Source: Camelus dromedarius | Taxonomy: Eukaryota | Assembly: GCF_036321535.1 (NCBI RefSeq) | Contig: NC_087437.1 | Coordinates: 58,530,001 to 58,594,000, forward strand | Length of the DNA stretch: 64,000 nt | Direction of reading: 5' to 3' | Made by a program: the position numbers and the translations under genes | The notes under the pieces: generated by a model | The model's input: only the letters and a program-made list of their open reading frames with translations | The model's database searches: none | What the model was told of the DNA's origin: nothing | In this document: positions 13,250 through 26,566 of the stretch, piece by piece | How positions within the stretch are numbered: position 1 is the stretch's first letter | How the letters are laid out: the number at the start of each line of letters is the position of its first letter

Positions 13250-13490
13250 GCAGAGTGCCTGGGGGAAAAGCACATTCTCTGGGTGAAGACTATTAGAGTT
13301 CAAAGCCTAGTCTACCCCTTCCTGGGTGTGACCTTGAACAAGTTAGTTAACCTCTTTATTCCTCAGTTTGTCACCCATAAAATGCGGGTGGTGGCGATGG
13401 TACCCACTTCACAGGGCTGCTGTGACATTTAAATGAGTTACTATACATAAATGCTACATAAGCATTTACTACCACTGCTGCTGCTCCCAC
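13250..13490 (+). mobile_element. MIR
   Basis: tgtgaccttgaacaagttagttaacctct...cctcagttt...taaaatg core. Confidence 0.8.
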
Positions 13491-14785
13491 TATTTCACCA
13501 TTTCCTGAACATAGACCTGAAATTCAACCCCTGGGTTTATCGGCATTTAGATCTAAGAATTCCTAGTGTCAACAGTTCTACTTTTGTTAGAATTGCCTGT
13601 TAGGATGAAGGATCTGGAACATGTAACTTTAAAGCCACCAACTTCTCTTTCTCATTTGATGAAGATATATTATCAGAAAAGTTTCTGTGCTTCTGGGCTG
13701 AAAGCTGCTTTCATATGTAATTAGGAGGTTACTTCCTCTTATTAGCAGTGCACGCAGGTGCTGAATGTTTTTCTCAGGTCTCGGCCACATCTGGCGTGCC
13801 TTTGATAAAATGCTCACCTCACCTCAGAAATACAAGCTCTTGACTGATTTTGCAAAGTAGCATGTCAATCCTGACATGCATACTCAAGCTGTTGCTCCCC
13901 AGATGCCAAGGCTGGAATGGTTCTGTCCCCTTATCATGCCGGAAGCAATGCTTTGTCAGACCCTTATGGAGTATGGTCCCAATCCTAAATTCCAGATCTG
14001 TCCCAAGTCCATCCCACCATATATTCCCATGTGCTTTTATCATGTTCCTACACTTTGGAACAGATCACCTTCTACCCGCCCTTTCCACCTGGCCCTATTT
14101 TAAAAAATCATCTTTTAAAAATATTTAAAAGCTTCTTTATCTTGCCATTCAACTGAGTCCCCATATAATTTGCCCGAGTTATGCTGGTTCTATGCGCACC
14201 AATCTCTCTGTTACCTGCCTTCTTTTACAGGCTATGCAATTAGAGCTCTCTGTAGTTTCCAAAGTGTCTTCATGTTCATTATCAAAATAAAGCAGGAATT
14301 ATTACCTTCCATTTCCAGCTAAGAAAGCTGGAATTTCAAGTTATTTTAGTAATAGTTATTATTAGCAACTAATGATTTGGAAACAATGACAGAACCTAAC
14401 ATTGACTGAGCACTTAAAAGCTTTTCACTAAGCACCTTACACACACTTGCATTTCGTTGCAAAAGATTAAATACGTTTCCCAAGGCACAAGGCTCATAGT
14501 AACTCAGACCTGGGCCTCCAGTCCAGATCTTGACAGCACATGAAGACAATGTGAGCTGACCATTTCTACTCTAAGGCTCTTCTTTATTCTGTTTTTAATT
14601 TCAGTTCAATTTAAATTCAGTTCAATGTTTTTTTAAGTGTCCACCAAATCGCATCCTTGTGCTAGACACAGAGATGAATGAGAAAATGTTTCCAGCCTCA
14701 GGAAGCTCATTAGTTTAATAGGAAGCTCAAGAAACAAATAAACAGACAAAAATTAAATAAGGTTAGAGCAATAAAAGAGTTATAT

Positions 14786-14895
14786 AGAGGAGCGACCAAA
14801 TAAATTGTCATCTGAATGGGGTGCTATTAGCAGTAACACCAAAACAGTGCAGGTAGACCAGAAGTACTCCAGGCAAGCCAGGGAAGATCCCCTAA
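14786..14895. mobile_element. MER81-like hAT-Blackjack remnant
   Basis: Degenerate gaccaaataaattgtc start and caggcaagccaggga...cccta end. Confidence 0.5.
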
Positions 14896-16697
14896 TGATA
14901 CCACAGTGTTACTCTAAAAGCTTACCTGCTTTCAATCTGTGGATATGACACCACCAGTTAGTAGCTCATGACCCGTTAACCTATTGAACTTTTCAATAGA
15001 AAAACTGAAATAATGTGGACAAAGAGCATTCAGTTATTGCTTGTTGGAGTGAGTTGAACTGTACTGACTTGGAGTTAACTGCATTGCAGGGGCTATTAAT
15101 AGCTACTGGATTTAAAATTGCAAAAATTAGTACAGTGCTGTTTTGTATTGTCCCATAGCAATTTCCTTCCTGCATTACGGGGCGCGTTCCATGTCCCTGA
15201 AAATGCTTAAGGGAACGGTCCCTGCTACCTAGCCCTCCACCTACTCCTCCCTCCCATAAAAAGAAATCAATCAGAAAAAAAAAAAATGTTAGGAAAATGT
15301 CCAAAGAATATCACCCTCATGGCAGTCTACGTGCATTACCGAATAGCGTGCTGTCCCTTTCTTTAGCCCCCGCCGACCCACACATCCTCCTCCTCCCTCT
15401 GTCCCTGGGCATCTACAGCCTTTGCATCCCTAAGGGCTTAAAGTCTGGCTTCCAGGTGTACAGGCCTTCTCCCTGCAGAAACTCCGTGCTCAAGAAGTCA
15501 AATTTTGCTCCTCGAAGCAACGGTCTAAGCCACCTTAGCCAAAAGAACCCCCTAAGAGTCTACAGACTTTCTCCCCAAGAACACACATACCTAAAGTTCT
15601 TCGTAGAGATTCAGGGGGTTCCCATAGTCTAGAAAAGACCCTGTCTTAGAGGGTTCATAAGGCTATATCCAGGCTTATTTTTCAGAGTTTACACTAAGAA
15701 CGTGACCTTGGGGCCTGGCAATAGGTAAGTACTTAGTGAACAGAGGAAGCATGAAGACTGGGGCTTATGGAAATGTGGGGCGGGGGGGTGGGGTCCCAGA
15801 GGGGGACAGCAAGAGCGGAGCGGTGGCGGACTCCAAGAAGCTCCATCAGGTGGTATCATCACCTGGGGGCCCACCAAGTCCTGAGAACGGCTCTAAGTCT
15901 TATAGTCCCAGAGGCTGCCAGCAGAACAGGGAAGACTCAAGTTACCCAGGGCTCAGAGGTTGGAACATCATGAGAGAGGGAGATGTATGCACCGGCCACA
16001 CTGAGCAGATGTGCAGATGTTAAGAGTTTGTAATCGTCCCAATAGCACCGTCTCCACAGCTGTGATTGTCCTGCCAGGGGAGCTCATGTAAACACAAGGC
16101 TTAAACTGGGCTCTGGAATCTTCTCTAACTCCCTGACTGACACGCCTTCTTTCAGTATATTCAATCAATTACTATCAAATCCTGTTGGCCTGGGAGCCAT
16201 TTATTCTCTTTAAGACGATTTTGCTTTTCTCGACTGGCTTCATTAAATATTTGAAAATGTAAGTGATTCATTTTTTAAAAGTTTACCTCCCTAAAGATAA
16301 TCTCTTTCCCCTTATTTCCAAACCTGGTGCGTGAAGAGAATGTTTTGCTGCAATTTCCACACAACCGCCACAAATTAAGCTAAAGGAATGCAGTTGACCT
16401 CATTGCTGATCTTAACCACAAATTTGATTCGAATTTTTGCCTCAGTCCTTTTCTTTTTTGCCACTCTTTCATGCCAAAGAATGATTTCCTAAGTGGCCTC
16501 TAAGTTAATTTAACTTCTAAATTGCAGGTGAGTAATTCTCAACGTGGATGACCTAATCCAAAAATCTTAAACTGGAGGCTCAAAAAGAATGGCCTGAAGA
16601 CAGGTTTCCTGTTAGCCTGGTATTTCTTAAAAACTTCAAATTGGTCCCTGAGTTATCTTCACATAAAAATTCTACCATTTAAAAAAATAATAAATCA

Positions 16698-16921
16698 GGG
16701 GTAAATTGGGAGTTTGAGATTTGCAGATACTAACTACTATATATAAAATAAACAGTAAGTTTATTTGGTATAGCACAGGGAACTATATTCAGTATCTTGT
16801 TAGTAACCTATAAAGAAAAATGAATATATGTATATATATATATATATGACTGAAACATTATGCTATACATCAGAAATTGACACAGCATTGTAGACTGACT
16901 ATACTTCAATAAAAATAAATG
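16698..16921 (+). mobile_element. 5'-truncated young L1 3' end
   Basis: L1 3'UTR with A-rich tail; direct repeat aataaatca at 16689-16697 and 16922-16930. Confidence 0.85.
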
Positions 16922-18549
16922 AATAAATCAAAAATTGTGACTCTACTAAACCCACACTCTTGTACCACAAGAATCAACTAGAGGTCTCCAGGAAACACGT
17001 AAAAGGAGCCCAGGAACTAACCCAACACCACGCAGTGAGAGAAGATGATGCGGTGTGGCGTGGTGTGTTCCCACCACAGGCTCTGGTACAGCACTTCAAA
17101 AGAATCAACTCCCAGCAGTGCCCGACAGCCGGGATGACTTAGTAATATAACAGTAAGTGAGAACAACCAATGTACAGGATTGCAATGGCATGATAATCTT
17201 TTTATAAAGTTAAAAACAATTAAAAGGTAAAAGTTATTTTTAGGATACACTTAGATAAAAGAAAACTACATAGAATGGAAAGGAAGGGAGTGATGAACAC
17301 GTGGTACAGGACAAACAGTTACTTCTATTGGGCTGAGGTGGAGAAAGAGGGGCCAAGTTGTCAAATGTAGGTCACGGTCAAAATTCTAGCTTCTGTTTGA
17401 CTGGTGGGGTCATGCATTATTGTAAGGAATTAAGCAACTAACTAAATTAATGGAATCCAGCATGGGCAAATAACGAGTATGTCATGAACCAAAAATTATG
17501 GACAATCTAATTGTGAGCCCCTGAAGTTCTGGGGGAAAAAGAAAGAAAGAATCAGCTGGAATTAGTAAGAGGTGGCCCCTTTAAATGAGCAGGTGATGTC
17601 TGGTTCCCATAGTCCTTGCCTGTTTCTGGAGACTCTAAAAATTAGATCAAGGTAGTGGGGATAAAAAAAGAGGAAGCATCAGCAACCCCCAGATACTGCC
17701 CCGTGGGCGATTAGGAAATTTTAACTGTCCCATCATTTAAATTACACTGAAGTTAGTTTGTAAGGCTAGGTTTCTTGAACAAGTGTTTTTCTTTTTCTTC
17801 CTCCTTATTGTCTTTCTCCAGGAGTTGAAAAGATGCTAAAGGTAAGACTGAGTTTCCCAAACTCCTCACCTTCAACAGAGACAAACCAAGGGCCTGGGCT
17901 GAAAGGGACAAACTGATCTGGACATCTGCCCCACAGGCTCCTGCTCTGACCCAGAGTGTGTTCACAATTACCTTTGGGTGAACTGTGCTAATTTCTCAGT
18001 CTTGGAAATTGCTTTACAAAGAAACTATTTTTAAAATATGTTAGAAATACTCTCCAACAGTGACTGCTTGACAGCTGAGTCCATTTTCCATTAACAGTGT
18101 TGACATCCACTGAGTGGTGTCCCCCACAAGCCTCGAGGGGGACCCTTGGAAGTCTGGTGGCCTGGCTGTCTTTTGCTGTCCTGTGACAGACACTTGGACT
18201 GTCACTTAATTTCATTCCCAGCTTTGCAATTTCACTCCTCTCTCATTCCTAGCCTTGGAGTGCCACCTCTCTGGCCAATAATTCCTAGATTGCTCATACA
18301 GCATTACCCCACACAACTGCTCTGGGAAACAGCATGGTGGCACTGTCAGGCCCAGGACCGAGGAACTCCTCAGCAAAATGTCTAGGTGCTGCGTCCCCAG
18401 CATAAAGTCTTCAAGGTGTCTTTGCTTCAGTTCCATTCAAATTGCCCACTGTGTCTAAAGTCATGGGTAAGGTAGATCTGCCAGAGATAAATTTCCCACC
18501 CTCAAGAGGCTGACAGGAAAGGTGATGGATTAAAAATTATGATTGAAGT

Positions 18550-18682
18550 GGGGAGGGTATAGCTCAGTGGTAGAGCACGTGCTTAGCATGCATGAGGTCC
18601 TGGGTTCAATCCCCAGTACCTCCATTAAATAAACAAACAAACAAACCTAATTAACCCCCTCCCAAAAAAACCTAATAAAGGG
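18550..18682 (+). mobile_element. vic-1-type SINE
   Basis: Head nearly identical to tRNA-Ala(AGC); (aaac)n and cctaatt...cccc tail; imperfect TSD aaaattatgattgaag / aaaatatgattaag. Confidence 0.92.
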
Positions 18683-18970
18683 AAAAAATATGATTAAGAA
18701 AATATGAAGTGTCATGTGAAAAGCACAGAGGGAAACATGCTGTCACTTTAGAATGATGGTGATATCCTACTGAGATGATAATTAGGAAAAGCTTGACAGG
18801 ATAATTGTTACTTGAGGTGGACTTGGAGACAGTTGTTAGAACTTCAGGAGTCGGGAAAGAAGCAGATGAGAAAGGGCACTCCAAGTGAAGGAAAGTGATC
18901 AAAGGTACAAAGTCTGGAAACATGGAGTGTATTCAAAGACAAAATGTCAGTTTAAGGTGTTACAGGTCAA

Positions 18971-19537
18971 AATGCCCATCGACAGAAGAATGGATAAAGA
19001 AGATGTAACATATACATGTACATATATACACACAATGAGATATTACTCAGCCATAAAAAAGAATGAAACAATGCCATTTGCAACAACGTGGATGGACTTA
19101 GAGATGATCATATTAAGTGAAGTAAGTCAGACAAAGAAAGACAAATATATGATATCACTTATATGTGGAATCTAAAAAAAAAAAAATGATTCAAATGAAC
19201 TTATTTACAAACCAAAAACAAATTATGGCTACCAAAGGGGAAAGAGGGTGAGGAGGGATAAATTAGGAGTTTGGGATTAACATAAACATACTACTATATA
19301 TAAAACAGATAACCAATAAGGACCTACTGTATAGCCCAGGGAACTATAATCAATATCTTGTAATAATCTATAAAGGAAAGGAATCTGGAAAGGAGTATAT
19401 ATGTGTATGTATAACTGAATCACTTTGCTGTACACCTGAAACTAACACAACATTACAAATCAACTATACTTCAATAAAAAAAAATTTTAAATAAATAAAA
19501 TTTCCCTCTGATCTTTGGCCAACTCAAAAAAAATAAA
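18971..19537 (+). mobile_element. 5'-truncated L1 (ORF2 end plus 3'UTR) with an extra 3' tag
   Basis: Encodes YYSAIKKNETMPFATTWMDLEMIILSEVSQ; TSD core tacaggtcaa at 18961-18970 and 19545-19554. Confidence 0.92.
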
Positions 19538-20859
19538 AGGTAACTACAGGTCAATGTACTGTGATGTTACAATCAACCTCATACTCTATGGCCATATAAT
19601 GCACCTTTGGTGGGACTTTGGGATTTCAGGACATGTACCCTACTCCAGCTAGTCACTGACCCAGAAAGTCTGCTGAACCCTCCAAAGCTGCACCTACATC
19701 CTTCCCCCTCTACAGCCAGCAAGTGGACTTCCCATGACTCCCCTAAAGCTGCGGTCTTCAGGCAAAGTCACCAGCTGGGCGGCATTCTGGTTATGGAAAC
19801 AGGAAAAACAGAAATGCCTGGGGTCCTTTGACCTAATCAAGGCAACCTTTTCTCAGCCCAGAAGGCTGCCAGCGTGGGCTGTGGAAACTCCTCCTTGTCA
19901 CACCTGTTGGCTGGCAGAAAAGGAATCTGTCCCACCCATCAGTGGCAGACAGGGTGGTGACACCCTGCCCTATGGCTAACTGTCCACCCAAACTCAGCTG
20001 AACATCATGAAAACACACAGTTCATGTGAATAATAACTTTCGTTATTTCCTAGTCACCCTGAATATATATTTTTCCATATTCTCTCACAACCCGATAAAG
20101 AAGGTAACAACCGTGTGGGTGAGAATAAGGAAGGTAAGTTTCCAGGGAGTTAAGGAAAGTCCCCAGAGTCACCCAGCTTGTAGGTAACAGTGGAAACTCA
20201 TTCTACCAAGAAGCCTCTCATAAAGACGCTCCCACCCCAGCTCCTTGAAAGTCTCAACTGGCAGGTGTCACCAGGGACAGTGCTTGAACTCTTGCTGATT
20301 GTTCACATTTGAGCTAATGGATGCACCGCCCAGACAAGTTCTTAGGTTCCCCTCAAACAGGTTTTCGCAAGCTTCGAACTGCAGAGAGAGAGAGGAAATA
20401 GGCAGGAAGGACTCCACCCAGCAACCACACAGTGGTTTCTGCAGGCAACATCTTAATCTTCTGGTCTGGTCATCTTGGGCAAGAGGAGTTTTCTAGGTTC
20501 CCGTGGAATGCTAGAACTACAACCTCTCTTGCTGGTGATGTCTGAGTAGTGTGAGACAAGTGGGGCTCGGACAGATCAGCGTCTGGGACCCCATCCTGTC
20601 TGGGCAGCCACCACTGAAGAAAGGGCCAAGGCCGGGCAGAACAGGGGAAAAGCTACATTTAAAGACCAAACACTGAGTTCAAGATTTGTTTCTGTCACTT
20701 ACTAATTTTAACTGGAAATCACTATCCCACCTAAAAAATAATAATAATAATGCCTACTTCAGAAAACTGTTATTGACAATGGAATGGGACAGCAGTGATG
20801 AAAGCGCCACTCAAAATACAAGTTGTTCTTAGAGGGCAGTTTGACTCAAGGTTAACTGA

Positions 20860-21170
20860 TAAGCCCTCAGGGACGCTCTGACATGGCTGGTCCCTCCTTA
20901 TCACTCAGATCTCGGCTTCCCTGAGCACACAGGCTAAAGAAGCCATCCAGTCAGTCTCTTCACAGCATCCTTTTAAAATCTCTACCAGCCCTCATCGCTG
21001 TCTGATACTTTTCTTATTTGTTTATTTTGTGTGTGTGTGAGCTGTTTCTAGAATCTAAGTTTCACGAGCACAGAGTTTTGGTCTGTCTTGTTCATTGCTG
21101 GATCCCTGGCACAGAGAACAGTTCCTGGAACATAACAGGCCCACTGATATTTTCTGAGTGAACAAATGGC
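20860..21170 (+). mobile_element. L2 3' fragment
   Basis: tagaatctaagtttcacgag...tgtcttgttcattgct...cctggcaca...tgagtgaac. Confidence 0.75.
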
Positions 21171-21989
21171 TCTGATAATGTTGTAGAATACAACTAGACT
21201 GCTAACTAGAGAAGCCAAAAATGGCGATTACAGACTGTTAGCGTCTGACGACTCTGAGCAAATGTCCAGTCAAACACCATTTTTCAGAGAACAGATCTGA
21301 GATCTTTGGAGAACTCTCAAACGAGGGCACACAGAGAGAGAAAGGACCGGAAAAGCCATGATCTCCTCCCAAAGTTAGACTCTTTGATCAATGGAAAATG
21401 TATCGACAATAAATTGTATTCTCAAGTGGTGTGATTTGTCTTTAGCTTCAGGTATTACTGTTTGTCACTTACCATCAAGTTTTAGAAAATGAAGGAGAGG
21501 GAAATACTCTATAAGAATTCTGAGAGAGGGCAGGATCTGAGATGATCTGATCCTGCATTTCTTTCACAACATGGGACTCCCACACCTGCAATGAAGCAAA
21601 CTCTACTTCCTGGGGAAGCCTGTTTCATTTTCAGGCAATCTTACTAATAATTACGCTCTGTGCCAGACACCGGGCTAAAGCCTGGAAGGTGGTACTCTGA
21701 GCTCCCGGCCACCCACCTCATGCACGCACACACACAAACACTTTCCTCCCAACCAGAACAACTCCATTTCTATCTGTCCAAACAACACAAAATCCATGTA
21801 AATATATTGATCTTCCATTCCAAGTCGTTGTGTAAACAACAGATTATGTAGATAAAAATCATTTCAACAATCACTATGTTTATTACCAAGCTCTCTTGTT
21901 GAGATGGCTTGAAATGTTTACCATATAGTGGAGGTGGGGTAAAAGCATGCCTAGAACAATGGTTACCACCCTGATTTGGAAGGAGGAGC

Positions 21990-22590
21990 CCTTTCTTAAC
22001 ATTGCTGGTGAGAGGCAAATTGTTAAAACCACTTTGGAACGCAGTTTGGCACTATATAGCAAGGTGAAATTTATGCATACGGTGTGACCCAGCAATTCCA
22101 CTCGTGAAAACCTTCTCTGCAGAAATGTGTGCACGTGTGGCCCAGGAGATATGAACAAGAAAAACTCAAAACTGGAAACCATCCAAAAGTCCATCCACAA
22201 TGAAACTGACTTTGTTTTTTAGTATAGTCTTACAATAATATATCCTGGTGCAATTGAAAATGAATCAACTCTAATTTTATGCGATAGTAGGAATACATCT
22301 CACAAATAAGTGTAAGAAACAAAACACAAAAGAATACGTGATTGATTTCAATTATAAAAACTTCAAAAACATTGCTATGGAATGCATATGTGGTTAGAAA
22401 AAAAATTTTTAAGGCAAGAAAATAATAATTATAGAAGTCAGGTAAGAGGTTACCTCTACACTGAGGGAAGGTGACAGAGATGGGTTATAGTTAAGGGACC
22501 CCAGAAAAACATCTGGAATGCTAGCACTGTTCTATCCTCTGACTTAGGCAGTGACCATATGGGTTTCGATTTATTATTAAATACTCTCAA
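21990..22590 (+). mobile_element. Old L1M 3' fragment
   Basis: accactttggaa...tgacccagcaattccactc, the degenerate ORF2 end. Confidence 0.75.
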
Positions 22591-23729
22591 ATGATTGAGT
22601 TCTACTTTTGCTTATGGAGGCTTGGTCATTGCTTGGTGGGCACACAAGTCCTTGAACCCATAGTAATAATGCTAAGACTTATTGAGAGTGAGAGTCGTAG
22701 CCGACAGACAGGTTGCAGCACTGTCCTGCAAGTAGGGGGAGAAAAAGCATCGTCTTGGAGATGGGAAAGGCTGAGCTTTAGTCTGAACTAAAGTCTATTA
22801 AAAAATCCCTTTCCCTTCTCTGGGCCTCAGTTTCACCATCACTAACAGAGGAAGATGAATTATATGATCTCTGAGTCCCTCTCAGTTTTGATACCTATAG
22901 TTCTTACAATAACAGGAACCTCACAAATGTCATCTATGTGGCCAGCATGCATCTATGTGACCCCTCGTGGGTGCACATCTAAGGTCATAAATCCCTTCCA
23001 TGGAGATGCCTGCCCACGTGGTCTTCACTCAAGTTTTCAATAGTCTTTTAAGGAAAAATAGAGAGTGGTCTCTATTGCACCACTTGTGCAAATGGCTGCC
23101 ATCGTCCTGTGCAGACCACCTGCTTGAGACCATCAGATAGTCCTCTGGAAGAGGGAGCATGCCACCTGTGGAAAGCCCCGTGCTTGGTCCGGAGAATGGG
23201 AGCTGGCAGGCCACCGTCTGACTTCCTGACCACTGTGTCATATTCATCAGCCAAGCATCGGATTTCCCAAGGGTGACAAGACTACCTGATTCACTTCCAT
23301 AACTGGTACTCAGACTTGAGCATCGCCTTGGGGAAGGTTTCTCACAGTTCTGTAAGATGGTACCATCAAGCCAAGATGCATGATTCTGGTTTTGACAGAC
23401 AGAGAAGGGGCCTCTTACTCTGCTGGGGAATCTCAAGCAAATGGACTGAAGTGGCAGATGATGAAATTAGGACAGGTGATGGGGAAATGAGTGACCCGAT
23501 AAAAATGGAAAATTGTTTGGGAGAATCTACCTTTTTGAAATATCCTGGGATGCCACCCCCAACTGATAAAGGGTAATTCGTGACATTCAGTGCTGGGCTA
23601 AATAGTTATAACATAATTGCAGGGTGTTTTGTTTTGTTTTTGTGTTACAGAAGAAATATATGCAAATTTTAAAGATCAAAAAAGGAAAATACAAATAAAA
23701 ACTTCATGCAAAAAGAAAGTGAATGAAGG

Positions 23730-24734
23730 GCAGTAAATAGCAAAATATCCTTTTTTTGTGTGGGTGAGTTCTAATTCATTGCATATATATGCTACATCTT
23801 TATCCATTCATCTATTGATGTGCACTTAGGATGCTTCTGTGTCTTGGCTGCTGTTAATAGGGGGGTGTATGTATCTTTTTGAGTTAATGTTCTTGTTTTT
23901 CTCAGGTATATGCCCAGGAGTGGAATTGCTGGGCCATGTGGTGGTTCTATTTTTGGGTTTTTGAGAAGCCTCCATATTGTTTTCCATGGTGACTGTACCA
24001 ATTTGCATTCCCACCAACAGTGTACAAGGATTCCCTTTTCCCCACATCCTTGCCAACATTTGTTACGAGTGTTCTTTTTGATGATGGCCATTCTGACAGG
24101 TGTGAGATGCTGTCTCATTGTACTTTTGATTTGCATTTCCCTGATATTAGTGATGTTGAACAGCTTTTCATGCTCCTGTTGGCCATCTGCATTTCCTCTT
24201 TTGGAAAAACATCTCTTCAGTTCTTCTGCCCATATTTTAAATGGGCTTTGTTTTTGCTTGCTTTTTAATTGAAGCACAGTTGATTTAAAATGTTGTATTA
24301 GTTTCTGGCGTACAGCATGGATGGACTTGGAGGGCATTACGCTAAGTGAAGTAAGTCAGACAGAGAAAGACAAATACTGTAAGATATCACTTACATGTGG
24401 AAGCTAAAATAGTACAGCAAACTAGTGAATATGATAGAAAGGAAACAGACTCACAGATGTAGAGAAGGAACTAGTGGTTACCAGTGGGGAGAGGGGCAAG
24501 ATGGGGGTGGAGCATTAAGAGGGACAAACTATCAGGTATAAAATAAGCTACAAGGATGTACTGCACAGCATGGGGAATATAGCCAACATTTTAGAATAAT
24601 TATACCCTAACCTTTAAAAATTGTGAAATCACTATATTGTATACCTGTAACATACAACATTGTATATCAACTATACTTCAGTTTTTAAAATATGATATTA
24701 TAAAATAAGTACATAAATAGATAAAAATTAAAAA
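23730..24734 (+). mobile_element. 5'-inverted (twin-primed) L1
   Basis: Antisense ORF2 arm ~23730-24260 and sense arm 24316-24734 are contiguous in L1 coordinates. Imperfect TSD acaaataaaaacttcat 23691-23707 / acaagtaagaacttcat 24735-24751. Confidence 0.85.
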
Positions 24735-26456
24735 AACAAGTAAGAACTTCATAATCCCACAACCCAGAGGTTATCGCAGTTAACAACTCACTGCATGTAT
24801 GTTGTTTCTTTTATCAAAATGAAGCCATACTGTAAATGCTTGCTCTTTTATAATCTGCTTTTTCACCCCCTGGCCTCCATTTCTCCAGGTTCAGTGCATT
24901 TTTATCTAAACTTATACCCAAACTATATTCAGATTTTTCGATGGACCCACTAATATCCACTACGACTGGTTTTTCCAAACTGGCTTGGCATTATTCTATT
25001 TCTTAGCCTAGATAATAGTTAGTGATTGTTCACTTTATAGTTATCCGTTAAGCTGCACAAAAATATTTCATGCACTTTTATATAGATATTATATCATATT
25101 TCACAATAAAAGAAAGGCAGAATGTCACATACTCTTACATGATTATCATCTTGCTTTTGCTGGTTCTTTTAATCTCACTCTTACCCTGTTTCATGATAAT
25201 GACTTATGGAATGGTCAGCGCCTCTGCAAGAGTTCAAATGCTAATAGCTACCTTCCCACAATTTTAGATGTTACACAAAGACAACCAACAAATGACCTAG
25301 TCTTCGGCTGCTTTTATTTAATGGGTTTTTTTAAGAAATAATAACATTTATCTCACAAGGAAATGGTCAAAAAAAAAAAGTCCAAAGCTTCTGTTTATAA
25401 AGAACTCAACCATTTCACAATATATATATAAATCACACTGTACCTCTTAAACTCACACAATGTTATATGTAATTATATCTCAGTAAAGCTAGGGAAAGAA
25501 TAAAGTCTGTGAGCCAGAAAGAAAAAAGAGAATTGAATTTTTGTTTTGTTATTTTGCATTCCAATAAAAATGTAGGTGCAATTTTATGTCAATTTAAGCT
25601 TGACTATAAACCAAAGAAGGGATTTCCTTAGCACAGTGCTTCCAAATCTTTTTGATATAATAGTATCCATAGAAAAATGACAATATTTGCACAGTGCAGA
25701 TCTGATGAGTAGATGATGCTACTTAAAGCTGCAGGGGACACCATCTCAACATTCCTATAAGAATCCCTGTAATGGGCCTGTAGCACCCCAGTGCCATCCA
25801 TGACGTATCAGGTGCATAGCCTTGCCTTATCCTATATTTATAGCAAAACAAGACCTCTCCTCTTTTTTCCCTCAGTCTAATCAGAGTCATATCAGGCAAA
25901 GTTGTACTTAAAATGAGTGTGTCCTATATCTAAGCACCATTCCTAGTAATACCCTGTCTTATCCACTAACATGCTTTATTCAAGCAGAATTTTTGTTTGT
26001 TTTTGTTTTGCAAATGCCTGCCCCTACCTCGTTGTTCTTTCTCTTAGGGGGGAAAATCGTAGTAATCTTTAAAAGTACTATTCAAGTCAAATCCTTCTAC
26101 AAAGCTCCCTCAATCACAATTAATCACAAGTTTAAAACCAGACTCATTAGTCACACCCTCTTCTCTCTCTGAATCCACACCACCACCACCACCACACAGC
26201 CAGTTATATGACTCAGAAATCTCGGAATTCCCTTCATCATTCTGCCCCTCCTCTAATTGGTTCAAAGGCTATGGATTGTCTCCTATATTTTTCTCAAATA
26301 TGGTCTCTTCTGTTCCATCCCTGACACTACTCTGTTAGTTCAGTCTACGCTCACTAGAATCATAGTGAGAGCCACTGTTTCCAGTTCCATTTGTGCCCCC
26401 ACTGTTGCCCACCCTGCTACAGAGTTACCTTCCTAAAGCTGCTTTCAATTCCTTCC

Positions 26457-26566
26457 TACAGTGACCAACCATCCCAATTTGTCTAGGACTGAGGGCCTTC
26501 TCCGGATGTGAGTTTTCAGTGCTAATGCCCAGAGGGTCCAGGCAAGCCAGCATGGTTGGTCATCTA
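26457..26566. mobile_element. MER94-like hAT-Blackjack MITE
   Basis: Inverted termini tgaccaaccat...atggttggtca. Confidence 0.75.

Noticed and set aside
18550..18624. Apparent tRNA-Ala(AGC) gene (similarly at 1933, 8427, 28526, 42465, 43816, 48704 and 51356)
   Set aside because: The copies have A-rich tails (most share a cctaattac..cccc segment), several have clear TSDs, and all carry scattered mutations. They are SINEs, not tRNA genes.
23792..24337. 181-aa ORF, the longest in the window
   Set aside because: Decayed L1 ORF2 C-terminus from the inverted arm.
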